The position numbers and the translations under genes are program-made. A stretch of 64,000 nt of DNA from Halocafeteria seosinensis. Its lineage: Eukaryota. The DNA is taken from assembly GCA_001687465.1 (NCBI GenBank), contig LVLI01000939.1, positions 1 through 64,000 of the forward strand, given 5' to 3'. The notes under the pieces were generated by a model. That model did not search any database. It saw only the letters and a program-made list of their open reading frames with translations, and was not told the origin of the DNA. Positions 46,763 to 59,599 of this stretch are shown one piece after another; position 1 is the stretch's first letter, and every line of letters begins with the position of its first letter.

Positions 46763-48662
46763 ATGCGGACCTTCAAGGTGGCTCTATTGGGGCTCTGTAT
46801 AAGCTCGTTCATTGGTACTAACACGGTCCAAGGGAAGAATACTGCGTATGGGGACCTATTGAGGGGGCAAGGCAAGGACTCGCCTATTCCCTCGACGTGC
46901 AGTGGCAAGGAAAACGACATCCCGATCCACACTGATGAGCCTGTTTTCGTCAACAAGACCCAATATGGCTCCCGATGGGAAGTAGGGCCCCCCGATATGG
47001 AGCCCAAGATTGCCATGATTCACGTCTATGGCTCTGCCTACAATATGGGATACGGCTATGGCTCACTCATGCAAAAGGAGGTACGTGGTGCAGAACGCAC
47101 CAGGTCAATGGCCGAATTTACCTTGCAAGTTTTTGGGGTGTGCAGGTGCAAGCATTGCTTCCTCAAGCTTACCAGTACATGTACGACATGATCAATGGCA
47201 CCATCGGATTTCTTCCCAAAGAAATTCGTCAGTTTATCGAACATAAAGGCGTGCGGTGGGCTTTGGTACGTACTGACGCTCTGTCGGCTCTCGGATTGGG
47301 AGACAAATAATTGAATCGTAGTTCTTCTTGGTGCAGGACTTGACCATCAATACCACCAAGCCTCACACACCATCGCACTATTTTGATTTGATGAGAGGTG
47401 TGGCAGATGGTGCCAATGTAAGTATTCGATGCAATGAGGGAGCGGCGGTTCTTCTGCATTTATTGTCATTCGTGGGACACAGGTGAACTACACTGATTTG
47501 TACCGGATCACAATGCTACCTGAACTGATCAAGGTATGTCTCCGTCCACGCAATAATATCCACGTTACATGCTGGTACTCATCATGAACTTGTTTGTACA
47601 GGCTTCCTGCTCCATGTTCGGCGTTTGGGGGGAAGCAACCAAGAACGTGAACAACGGTTTGCTGCAACTGAGATCTTTAGACTGGACCACCAGTGGACCA
47701 TTCCAGCAATATCCTGTAAGGTTGACTTGCTGGTTCAGTGAGTCTGTGAATGTCGATGATAGTGTATGCTGAATGTCTCACTCTACAGTTGATAATCAAC
47801 TACCATCCTTCTGAAGGTAATGGTCATAATTTCACCATATTCACGTGGGCTGGTCTTGTCGGAGCTATCACAGGATACAGCAGTGCTAATATGGGAATCA
47901 GCGAAAAGGTGAGTCACTTCCTTCGTGACACTCTAGTCCCCTTCCCTCCCACTGGCTGTAACTGACGCATGCAGGTCTGGATCAACTACCCGGGAATCGA
48001 GAACATTGTCGGCTATCCTTTCCACTTCTTGCTGCAAGATATCCTTCAGTTCGACATCGACACTGACCAAGTAAGTGGGAACCTGCGACAGAGTAATATC
48101 TACTCCAACTGTCTAATGCGTGCCGCCTTCTATGCAGGCTCTATCGCGAATCGCGACTGCAAACAGGACATGCTCCATTTTCATCGGAATAGGCGATCTC
48201 TTCAACGAAGAGTTCAAGGTGGTCGAATACGGTTGGCAAGATGTCAATATTTACAATGTCAGGTACGGTCGATGGAAAGGATCATGTCATTCGGATTTAC
48301 AAAAAAAAATTGTGTAGAGGTTGTCGACTATTTTCCCTCGCAGGAACTTCCCATACTACCAGAACCATGATAAACGCGCCGACATGCTATTCATCAACAA
48401 GCATACTCAGCCCTCCCATTCGCCATGCATGAACGATTTGATGGATCAATACTACGGTTCTATCTCTGCAGAGAACACTATCCGCTATATCACTGCCGGG
48501 GAGCAAACAGGAGACATGCATATCGCGATATATGATTTTGAGAACAAATACCTCTACGTCTCGAGCGCTTCTGTGGCCTGCAAGAATTGCACCGTAACAC
48601 CAGCTTACGATCGCCCATTTAGTAGATTGGATATGAGCAAGCAATGGACCATGGACCTCTAA
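46763..48662 (+). CDS. Secreted/lysosomal Ntn-hydrolase (acid ceramidase/C45-like, Dictyostelium dcd1-like), many exons
   Basis: Signal peptide, IHVYGSAYNMGYGYG, LPELIK|ASCSMFGVWG (nucleophile Cys), QLRSLDW, ANRTCSIFIG, QTGDMHIAIYD. Numerous short GT-AG introns. Confidence 0.85.
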
Positions 48663-48719
48663 GTAGTGATGTATTATGAGTGACCTGAAGGAAATCTTAC
48701 ATTTATTTCAAGCCAAACC

Positions 48720-50905
48720 CTAACTACACGTTACTTGCCCTGACCACCACTTGTGGACACGGCGGTGAGGCAATAGAGAGCGTAAATATTCTTCGGTTGC
48801 CAGCGCTCGGCATTCGTCCAACGTTAGCACATTTCTATGTCCTTCAACAACCAGCCCTTGGGTAGTAGCAGTTGTCAAACACTCTTTTAGGGCCGTAGCA
48901 ACTTGCACAACTGCACCAAGACGTTACCATGCTTTCGCGGATTACTCCATCACTGGGTTATTTCCTTACCTTCCTTCTCACCAAAGCTCAAAGGCGGCTT
49001 CATTTTCAATATGTTATTGTCGGGACCATCCACAGAGATCAACACATGATGTGCTTGCATCATCCTGTATGCCTCAAAGCCGGAATTATGAGTGCCATCT
49101 AGACCTCTAACTTAGTCTCTTACCTCATCGAAATCCATTCTGTCAAAGGTTTAAAAGGTATCAATATTTCATTTCCGCACTCGTCCATCAACTCGACTTC
49201 GCCTGTACGCAGGGACGTTACTATTTCTTTGAATTCTCTACAAGAGCTGTCCAATGGAAGCTCCGATACAGAAACGCGCTTCCTATTGTCTGTGCCACGC
49301 ACAGATCCACAGAGCAACTCCATACCGACAAACAAACCACGGCCCCGCACGTCACCGATCACCTGTGGGAACTCATCCTTAATTGCGCCGAGTTCCCGAC
49401 ACAGTAACGAACCGATTCGTTTGGCGCACGGTATTAGATCCTCTTGACGAAGAATACGGAGAACTGCCCGTCCAGCGGCGCACGCCACGGGATTTCCACC
49501 GAACGTATTAAAATAGCTGACACCATTATTGAATGCTCTAGCTACTGCGGGACTGGTTACTACAGCAGCAATTGGATGCCCGTTTCCCATAGGCTTGCCC
49601 ATCGTAACGATATCGGGGACCACTCGATGGTCTTCAAATGCCCAATAGTCATCCCCGACACGGCCAAACCCTACCTGCACTTCGTCCGCAATGCAAACCC
49701 CGCCGTTCTCTCTCACACTGCGATAAACAGACCGCAAATACCCCGAAGGCAGGGCATACTGTCCTCCACAGGATACCATCGACTCGCAGTAGAAGGCAGC
49801 AAAGCCGCGACCATTCGTATCATTCTTCTTCAGAATTGCTTCCACTTCTCGAGCATAAGCTTTTCCAAGCTTCTTCGAGCCAATGCTGCCTTGGAAGCAG
49901 CCTCGGTGAACATCGGGCCCTGCTGCTACATGCACCCAATCCGCTTGCTTATGATCTGGAATCTTCTCAAACTTGTAGGGGCTAAGTTCTATTGTCGAAC
50001 TCAGGTGTCCGTGATACGCACCTCCTATCACAATAGCTGATCACAACCAAGGAAAAAGAAATATCAGACGTATGGAGCATAGATTGTGTGCGTCGCTGTG
50101 CGAGCAAATTTTTCTTCACTTACCATCGTGGTTGCCCGTATATGTTCGTGCTAATCTTAAGGCAAGATCGTTCGCTTCAGATCCAGAATTTACAAAGAAC
50201 ACCACACTAAGGCGGTGATCATCAACCGTAGGTCCGCCTCGCTCTAAGTTGTACTTCGATAGATCGTGGTATTCCGTGCCCTCTGGCGCAACTGGAGAAG
50301 CTCGGGACACGGGAAACGGGTCGTCCCCTGAATCGTTAGCATCGTACTCGTAGGACGGCTCCTCTACAGGTCTAAAAGAGGATGTTTCGTGATTCCCTTT
50401 ATTGCATTTGAATGTACTAATCAATTCTTTTGCATAGGACGAAAGCTCGGGATGAAGGAAGCGGGAATTTGTGTTCAACGTGGTTATTTGCTTCGTCAAG
50501 GCGTCCACAACTTCCGGATGAGAGTGGCCCACGTGACACACCTGAAGTAAGAAGCACCATGAAACGATAAGAGAGATTACAGGTCTAATTATCTACTAAA
50601 CGCGTACATTATTCACCCCATCCAAGTATTCGACCCCGTTTTCATCGTAAAGGTAGGTTCCTTGACCTCGCACAAACATAACGGGATTTGACGCATAGTT
50701 AAGGCTGTGAGAGATGGAACAACTATCGTGTCAATAGACTCCATGCCAGCAAAGATTATACCACAAAGACTTACGCGACATTGAATCCGACATGTTGCTT
50801 CCGAAGATTCAGTACCTCCTCTTTCGAAAGCTCGAGTGCGGCCTTCGAAGGAAGATTCGGTCCGATGTCGTTTTTGTTTGAGGGGCCTTCAACTTCGGTT
50901 TCCAT
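48720..50905 (-). CDS. Class-III PLP aminotransferase-fold enzyme, ethanolamine-phosphate phospho-lyase (AGXT2L)-like, multi-exon
   Basis: [80 protein letters not shown]. Confidence 0.9.
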
Positions 50906-51593
50906 GTTGTGTTCCAATGTGCTCTGAACCGAGCTCATGGTGGATTTTCACCTAAATTTATATGTCACACTTTTCCAAAGCGTTCTAGAGATGCTTCTCT
51001 GTGGAAAGGGGCGTAGTATGGTGAATACACCCCACGGCAGCGCTGTTCTTTACAGAACTTCAACCTCTCTCGCCACCGCTCAGTATTGCGCTCGGGGTAA
51101 TGAAAACCGAATTCTGTTCTCACTCTCTATTGAATATTGAGATGAAACTAGAAACTTTGATTTAGCGCTCTCAACAAACTCTCGAGGATCTAATTACTGT
51201 TGGGACAGTCTCCCGAGTGGGAACCTTCACAACTTTTCAGTTGCTCTGCGAGCCCCGGCTTGCTGCTCAGCGCCGCCCTCACACAAGGGCCACAAAATCC
51301 ACCCCCAGACAATGATATACAGTAGCAGCAGTTGTGCAGGCAATCTTCGGTGCTCTTGAGAAGAGCGCTCAGGTCGTGTTGTGGAATATGCTGGAGAGTG
51401 TTGACCAAGCACTCACCTTGGTGGTTCTAACCCGGTGTAACATGATCTACAACAACTGCGGGAAAAATCCCAGTATCTATCACGTATGTACGCTATTCAT
51501 AAACTTCTTGATAGTGGCATTCCACAATTAACACGGTACGCTCAACATACAATTAGTTACCTATGAGACAAGAGACTACGTACTGCGCAGCCT

Positions 51594-52993
51594 CTAGTCC
51601 TCATCGTCATCCATGAAACCGCTTCCACGTAGGTTCTGTTTTAAAATAATTTCCTTACAAGCATTAAACACGGTCTTTACGTTATCCGTATCTGTTGCGC
51701 ATGTGACATGCCAAAAGATTTCCTTATTATTATTTTTGTTCTCATTCTGGTCCAAAAACTTCTGCAGGATGTAGTTTATACCAGCGTCGTAGTCACATCC
51801 TCCCGTATAGTCATCAAATAGCATTTTATTAGGGTCCGCAGGATCCGGTTGACGTATGTCCACGCGCTGTAAGCACCAAGGTTTAAGTCTTCCACATAGC
51901 AGGCGAATCATGACAGCCGGCATTCCCACTTACTTCTATTTTTTCCTTGAAGAGATCTCTTTTATTTAAAAATAGAATCATACTGGTGTTTTCGAACCAT
52001 TTTGAGTTACAAATTTCATGGAATAAGTTGAGAGCTTCCACCATGCGATTCTGAGTGCTGTCTTCGTAAAGGACCTGATCATATTCATTAATGGCGGCGA
52101 CAAAAATGACTGCCGTCACTTCGTCAAAGCAATGAATCCATTTCTTTCGCTCATTACGTTGACCACCCACGTCATACATTCTGATTAGCAGGAAAAATCG
52201 TTCGGTACAGTGTAAAAACATGCTTACAATAAAATCGTGCAGTACCCTATACGTACGCGAATCTGACATCGTCAATGAGATACTCTTCTTCAACGATTCC
52301 GGATGTTCTCACGCGAACCTTCAAAACATCTTCAATGGAAGGAATATAGTCGGGATCCGATATTTCGTCGACTTTCCGGAAAAAACTGTCAAAAGAAAAA
52401 CGCGTAGAGTATGAGTGTGAGTCGGTAGACAGCCCACAGGACTAACGTACTAGGGAGCTGAATCATATAGCTGAAATTCATTCCTTCTTTGGTAAGCTCC
52501 TTGTATTCCCGGATCGTTCCATAGTGTCTTAATCTGCTCTGCAGTTTCTTTATCTATCTTTGTTTCTTCTGACAGATCCTTGATTGCTTCAGCGGCGTCT
52601 TGCGCCTTAATTGAGATATCAAAATTTTCTGCTGCTTCGATCAGAGCCTTCATCGAGGCAATAGTGTTTGAGCATACGAATCCAACATGATTTGCACGAT
52701 CTTGGTCCGAAAAAGACGTCCCATAAAGAATCCTCATCTGCTTGAAAATGGTCGACTTGCCGGATTCTCCCGCGCCTGGTACCCAACGATCAAAAGCACC
52801 ACCACGTCAGTTGGCAAGCACAGTACATTCACCGCCAAGGCCCGTGAACACAGGATATCCGGTACATACCTAAGAGAAGCAATTTGATCTTTTGTTGCTC
52901 TTCCATTTCATCTTTCTCGGCCATTTTCTGGATCTCGTGGTCCCTTCTCTCGGCCTCGAGCTGCTCTTTGGTTTTCGTCTGCATGCACCCCAT
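51594..52993 (-). CDS. Heterotrimeric G protein alpha subunit, multi-exon
   Basis: MGC myristoylation/palmitoylation start, [44 protein letters not shown]. Confidence 0.97.
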
Positions 52994-53450
52994 TTTTACC
53001 GGCTGCTGTGGCGTTTTCGCTTCATCCACACCAATCCTACTCGTCTATATTTCGTCAGCAGAATACCCGGCAAGAAGATCAATAGTGTCTATGACTGAAA
53101 GTGTCTGAACAAAGCCACTCCACAGTTGTGGGGAAACTACAAAAAAGAAACTGCAGGGGATTGCAGAAGGGGGCACTCTGGCAAACACGGCGGAAAGATT
53201 GTTTGCATACGCGGTCACCAAAACTTCAAGTCGCGGTCGGAATCGTGCGTTGATGCAACAAGACGTAGAAGTTTGTTGTATGCAACTTCATGCAAAGGTC
53301 TTATCTGTAAACCGTAGAGCACGTTGGAGCAGATACCTCTCTAGCCCATGCAGAGGAGGGAGTAGCGACACTTGAGCAAAAAATGACACGTTGCAGTGCC
53401 GCGCCAAAAGTATAAGCCAATAGAACTCTAGTATATTTGCGAAAATTGCG

Positions 53451-55777
53451 ATGGCATGGAATTTGCCTCGTACACCTGACTCTTTACCACAGATAGTAGG
53501 AAGCTTCTCTTCTCCGAGCAGAGGCAGTGGATGGGTGAACAAGAAGGCCACCCCTAACCAGGGAGCCACCGTACTCCCGTTGCCGAGAAAGCGGTTAGTG
53601 GAACCAGACCGGAGGGACTCAATTGTCAGTGTAGTTTCTTCTGTAGGGAGTATTGCTAATCTTGACGATCCACCACCTGTAAGTTTCTTCACTATGTTTC
53701 CTACTGTACCGTATACGACATGGATTCTTGCAGCCGTCCAGCCCACATCAGCTAGACACATACCAGGTTCCTGATATAGGAAGCTCCACCGAAGATGTCG
53801 AGGAGGCCTTTGATCTAGTTCCTTTTCCTGTAGAATGGGTACGCAATGAGGCGCTCGAATATTTTACACCTCGTCGGCTAACAGTTATGGCACATGCAGA
53901 TTGTGGACTTCACTGATGTTCCTGCTTTTGACAAAGATAATAGTTTTTATGGATGCTTCAGGAGCCTAACGAGCATCCGACTTATCAAGGTACGAAAACT
54001 GCTTCGTACAGAAACGCCCGTTGATACCTTCGCTACCCGGAAGTAGTACTCGTTTGTACAGACAATGGCTCTGTACATGGTCCACGCTGTGGCTCAAGAA
54101 AACTCACATGACTGGACCTCGAAACGTCTCTACATGATTGCGAGCCGATGCTATGTTGCGGTATTCAGCGAAGTAGAGAGTGGATGGGACAAAATACGCT
54201 TCCCAGGATTCTATGCGATGGCCGTATCCCAATGCATATATCTCTCACTCCTTTTCTCATTTCCCCAAGATCAAAGAACGCTTACTCGACCAGAGTTCCT
54301 TCAAAACTTGGTCGATACCGTTTGCCTCTCCGTATCTGGTTTGCTGGGTCCACGTCCTCCTAAACAACTTTGGAATGCTGTTGGAAAACGATTGCTTCGC
54401 AGGATTAAGCGATGGAGAGTGAAACACCAGCGTCTCCAATGGCCTCTTCCGACTTTTACTAGCGGTCTGAACTACAATGACAAACTGAAGGCCCCAAAAG
54501 AAGGAGGAGAAATCGCGGCCGATAATACCACTACCCAACAGAGCCGTGGGAAGCTGTTCTGCTACCTGAATCATAGCAGGTTTGTCCAGACGTATTTGAT
54601 GGCTACGCGGAGCAATGAATTTCTACAGGATGAGAAGGCGAACGCAAGAAGTTACGCTTTCGACCAATTGGTAGCGGCCAGGGCTGGCGCGAAACCAGGT
54701 CTACTTCCCTCTGATACGGAATGGACAGTCTCTTTATCTTCCAAGAGTAGCGGAAGAGTTGATGAAGGGGTGCGGAATCAGGCGGTTTTGAGGAGACGCA
54801 CACGCGTGGGATCCTGTGCCCGTGCACCGAATAAAGTCTCTGCAATTGACAACGAGACCACATCCAACAACCCAATCTCTGTGCATCTCCAACAGATCCA
54901 CGCTCAAAAACCCCGAGTAAAAGGTGCAGCCCCGGGAAGATGTCCTTTTAAGAGGGAAAATTCCAAGACATTGGGACCTCATTCATCGCCTTATCCTTGG
55001 TTAGTTTCCAAAATGAAACTGTCACATCACGAGCGCGACCTTTTCTCGGGATTCAAATACGAAACCAAAGAAGAACAGGAGCAACAACGTTTTAGCACAC
55101 TGCAATCTTCTTCACCACTACTGAAGGCCTGTGAATTCTACAAGTCACCGCATCAAGGACACGAGAGGAAAGCCACGGCTGAAGGTTTGCGCAAGAAATC
55201 CCTGGCATTGAAAATACGCCGCCAAAGCATCACCGAGAGGTCACCGTCGCGCTCCCGTTCTAGAAGAGAGTCGATAGGAAGCGAAGGAAAGTCAGTATTC
55301 CTAACAGAGTTTGATTCTATGGTGAAAGGCCCCTTTTTGGACATCAGTGAAAAAACAGCCAAAGAAAGAGTTGAAGAGATGGAGAAAACGGGTGAACTGA
55401 CATTGCTGAACAGAAACGATATAGATGACGATCGAAGTGACTACTTCTATCTGAACGCTGCGTTAAAGCCTCCAAAAGTTTCAGACTTTTACCAGAGAAG
55501 GCGGCTCCTCGACAAGGTACACGGCACCCTTCGAGCAAACTCCGAAAATTCTGCGCAACAAGTCAAAATGAGCCGACTTCGCGTAAAACGGGGATGGAAG
55601 CGGGTATCAGCAGAACTACGGGAGATTGATCGAACAAAGGCAGTGGCCCTAGGCTCATCAAAGAGCGTAAAAGAGACGTCCGCGTATATTATGTTTAAGA
55701 GAGAACAAGATGAGAAGGATGTAGCGGAACAACTGCACAAAGTACAGACGCATCTGAAAAATCAGAGGCAGTGGTAG
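53451..55777 (+). CDS. FAM227-like protein, about 4 exons
   Basis: LYMIASRCYVAVF...D...FYAMAVSQCIY...SFP...EF...L...VSG resembles the FAM227 conserved domain. Upstream exons join through introns near 53679-53733, 53839-53899 and 53989-54061. Confidence 0.6.
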
Positions 55778-56576
55778 AGGAATGAATAGCCGTATTCACA
55801 CAAATCATTCTCATTCCAGAAACACTTTCCGCTTTCCACTCTCATCGACGAACAGAAGTGCCGGTAGTTTTGAGAAGATCAGTGGCAATCCGTGTCGGAC
55901 CTTCTACGGCTGGTTTATGTGGACGGTTGTCACTGACTTACAAGAACCAAGGAGCCCAAACTTTTTCCGGAACGGAGCTATAGACAGATCGGAATGTGAA
56001 ACTTCGAACTTTTCAGCAATTCATGGTGCGTCCCGAAGGATAAGTTTCACGATTTGACGACAATCTGAAGAGTTGCAGTACACTTGGTATTGGCATCATC
56101 ATGTCGTGAAGTCAATCATACGTTCCGTCCAACAACCCCGTACCTCCCAAGAAAATGACCGCGACCTCAACTGAAGGATACGTTTCGTGCGTATCTGGCA
56201 GAGTATCTGTAACGTGCAATGTGTCACTCGCTCTTTGTCGGGCAGGGCCCGGCAGGCGTGGCTTAAGTCAATCATTTCTTCGACTTACGAGTAATCAGTA
56301 ATCATCTCGCAATGCACGATGCATCCGCCACAGTAGTGAATGAAACATTCCCATTTGTTTTCATCAATATATCTCGCTACATATAGGCTGCTTAGGCTTT
56401 GTTTCTCAAGACGATAAGTGCTTTTCTACCCCCTTGTGGAAGCGTCGAATACGACTTTTTTTCTCTTCAATCCACCAGTTTTCCAGTAGGTAGTCTCGGT
56501 ACACGGCTACACTGTACCACATCCGTTGGGAGTATTGTAAGAATTAACCGGGTGCATTTCTTCCGTTGAAGTAATT

Positions 56577-58672
56577 ATGTCTGAGCAGGAGATGGAAACT
56601 AAAGTAGAAGGATCGGAGGAGGAACAGCTGGAAAAAAAGCAGGAAGAAAGCAAAGCACATGGGGATGATACAAAGGGCACTGAGGGTTCAGACAAAGAAG
56701 AGAGAGACTCTAAGGGCAGGAAACATGATTCAGCTGAAATAGAGAAGAAAGACAAAGGTGACTCTGATGAGGAAAGCTCCAGAAAACGTCACCGCTCTAG
56801 CAAGTAAGCTTCTGGAACTTCTTTTCCTTTTGTACTCACTCCGTTTTTTTATTTTAAATCCTTGATTCTGTTCTGCAGGAGCCGGCGTCAAAGTAGTAGT
56901 AAGCATCGTAGTAGTCGTCATCGAAGTAGCAGCAAGCATCGCAGTAGTCGTCATCGAAGCAGGAGCCACCGGGAAAGCAGCAAGCATCGAAAAAGCCACA
57001 GGAGTAGTAGTAAACATCGAAGGTATGAATAAGCCGTATAAAATCGTTGTGACATTGTTATCCTGAACCTTAGTCCTTATTCGATTCACAGGTCGCGCGA
57101 CAGGGATCGTAGTCGGAGTCGTCGGTCTCGCAGTCGCCGCTCTAGAAGTCGTTCTCGTGAAAGACGACATCGGCGTCGAAGTAGGAGCCCAAGTGATGAT
57201 GAAAACCGTCGCTCAGAATCTGAAGATAACAATGGAGGTGGTGGAAGGTCGAAGGTTACAAATAGCGTTGCTCAGCTCCTTCAGAAACTGGGTGGAGGTG
57301 TGGCTCAGAGTGCGATGAACAGCTTGAACGCAGCTCCGCCACTTGGAGGGAGTCAGTCATTGCAATCGTTCACCATGAACGGCTTGGGAATGGGAGCGAA
57401 TGCGGTAGCTACGTTTGGAAATTTTGCAAGCAACAATCCCATGGAGCGCGTTGAGAGAGAGCTGTACGTAGGCAATTTGCCATCTGGAATCCAACCAAAG
57501 CAGATCCACGACTTCTTCAAAGCCGCAATGAAGCATTTAGGGGTCCTAAAGTCTGAAAATCCAATACAGGCGGTTCGTCCTGCCGGTCCTCAAGAACGGT
57601 TTTGTTTCATCGAGTTTTCTAGCACTGAAGAGGCAAACTCTGCCACGCTATTGAGCGGCATCAATCTTTTGGGGATGCCCTTAAAAATAGGCCGGCCCAA
57701 GTCCTATACTCAAGTGACGGGGAAAGAGGCGACAATACCAGCCCCCGAAGCCTTGTCTGCGATGGGAGGCCACAGTGGATTCCACGAAATGGGTGGTATT
57801 ACATCGGCAGCAGCCGCTGCGGCACCAATGGTGGACAGCAGTGCCATAACAGGGGCTAGCCAGTCTTCCACTGCTACGACTTCGACGCAGCCATCTGCTG
57901 AAGGGGATACAGGGAGCGTCAAGATCAGTAATTTCGGTGAAGGGTGGACAGCGGGCCAATTGAAGGAGCTCGTTGAACCTTTTGGTGAAGTAAAAACGTG
58001 CTACATAGCCGAAGGCGTGTGTTACGCCGAATTTACGCAGCAGTCTAACGCCCAAATGGCCGCACAGGGTTTGAACGATCTTGATCTGGGCGACCGAAAA
58101 TTGCAAGTTGAGTATCTGGACCCGGAGCAGAAGGCCACTGATAACGTTGAGACGAAGTTTGTGCAATTGAGAAACATTCTCATATGTGAACATGTAAGTA
58201 CTGTTACAGCATTTTGTTAAATATATTCGTGTTAACAGCGACTTGTCTTTGTTCTCGACCGCAGCTTTCGGATGAGGAAGAATATTCAGACATCCTTGAG
58301 GATGTCCGTGAGGAAGCGGAAAACTTTGGTAACATTGTTCAAGTACAGCCCGCCAAACAGGCGGAAAATCCTTCAGATCCTAATTCCACGATACCAATGT
58401 TCTTGGAATTTTCTGATACTGAATCTGCAGCGAAGTGCTTTAACGCTTTGAGAGGCCGAAAGTTTGATGGACGCGTAGTTGAGGCTAAATACGTGAATGT
58501 TGAAGACACTCCTTTTGGAGACACTTCCTCCGCTAACCAAGATAAGCAACAGTCCGGAAACGAAAATACCGAGACTAACACATCGGAAAGGAATCCAGGC
58601 AGTAGTTCTGAAGCTGCTACTGTCTCCGCCAATGCGATCCAGGAAACAGGTAATTCTGTGGATCTCGACTAA
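56577..58672 (+). CDS. U2AF2: U2AF large subunit (U2AF65)-like splicing factor, 4 exons
   Basis: RS domain, RRM1 (RELYVGNLP...FCFIEF...LKIGRPKSY), RRM2, C-terminal UHM (DEEEYSDILEDVREEA...GRKFDGR). Introns near 56804-56878, 57023-57091 and 58194-58264. Confidence 0.85.
56892..56957 (+). repeat. 33-nt coding tandem repeat (SSSKHRSSRHR x2) in the RS domain
   Basis: agtagtagtaagcatcgtagtagtcgtcatcga followed by agtagcagcaagcatcgcagtagtcgtcatcga. Confidence 0.85.
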
Positions 58673-59599
58673 AGTGTTTGCGATAATGCTTCTTGGTTTC
58701 CCATCCTGCCTCCAGGGATCATAATTGGTGGCTTTGCTGCTTTATGACTGGCAACTATGATATCCATGCTTCATGGTACCTGTCTGCGATGGTGTACTGT
58801 TGTTAAATCCTTGTGTTGCTTGTGAGACGCAGGGCTATCTTTTTGAGACCGTGCTGGGACATACATACATGTCACTGTGGTACCGCTGCTCGGATCAATA
58901 CAAGACTGTCAACAGTGTTCGTTGTCTGGGTATTTAAACAACAAATTAGGTGTTCCGCGTCTGTGGAGACCCTATCCTTGTTTCTTGTTTTGCTGCATTC
59001 GCTACTCAGACAACTTAAAGCGATGGCTACGGAGCTAGTGTATACAAGTGATGCACATGAGAAGCTGAGAACTAATCAGGGTCCAATAGTTCGCTGCGGT
59101 GACATATTTTGTTTGGGAACTGCGAGGTTAGTGCGTTTACGCTTGCAACTCAAGTACTTACTCTGAGTCTTTTGTAGGAACGACTTCTCTAGCCACATAA
59201 GATTTGGTTTGTTATGGGCTGTGGTACTGTACAACGTGTGGTACCTGAGTAGTTTGGCTAAGCGGCATTCCCGGGGAGCACCAGGAAAAAATGCACTATT
59301 CTTTTCTTAAGTTACCCTCGCCTTTACCACAGATAAGTCGTGCCTTTTCTGGAGTAGGTCCTTTCTTCCAACTTCTTGACGTTTTCGAAGGCGTCCCACG
59401 ACGTTTCGTCATATTCCTGCGACTCCGTCAAGTTGAAGGTCATTTCTGTAGGGGCGGCAAAGAGGCACAAAAAAGGTGCTGGGTTTTGAGTCCGGACGCA
59501 TAGAGTCCTGGTTATCGTCGTTTTTGATGTCTTGCCCAAAAGCGTGATGTCTTTGATGGATTCTCATGAGGTGGGGAGTGTAGAAAATTACGCGATATA

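Noticed and set aside
27553..52993. Functional linkage of the 7-TM array with the G-alpha gene
   Set aside because: They are about 19 kb and seven genes apart, and TOM1/GPR137-like proteins are not established G-protein couplers.
58813..59570. Possible small spliced gene on the minus strand
   Set aside because: Exon-like pieces (EMTFNLTESQEYD...) are present but the start, end and identity are unsupported.
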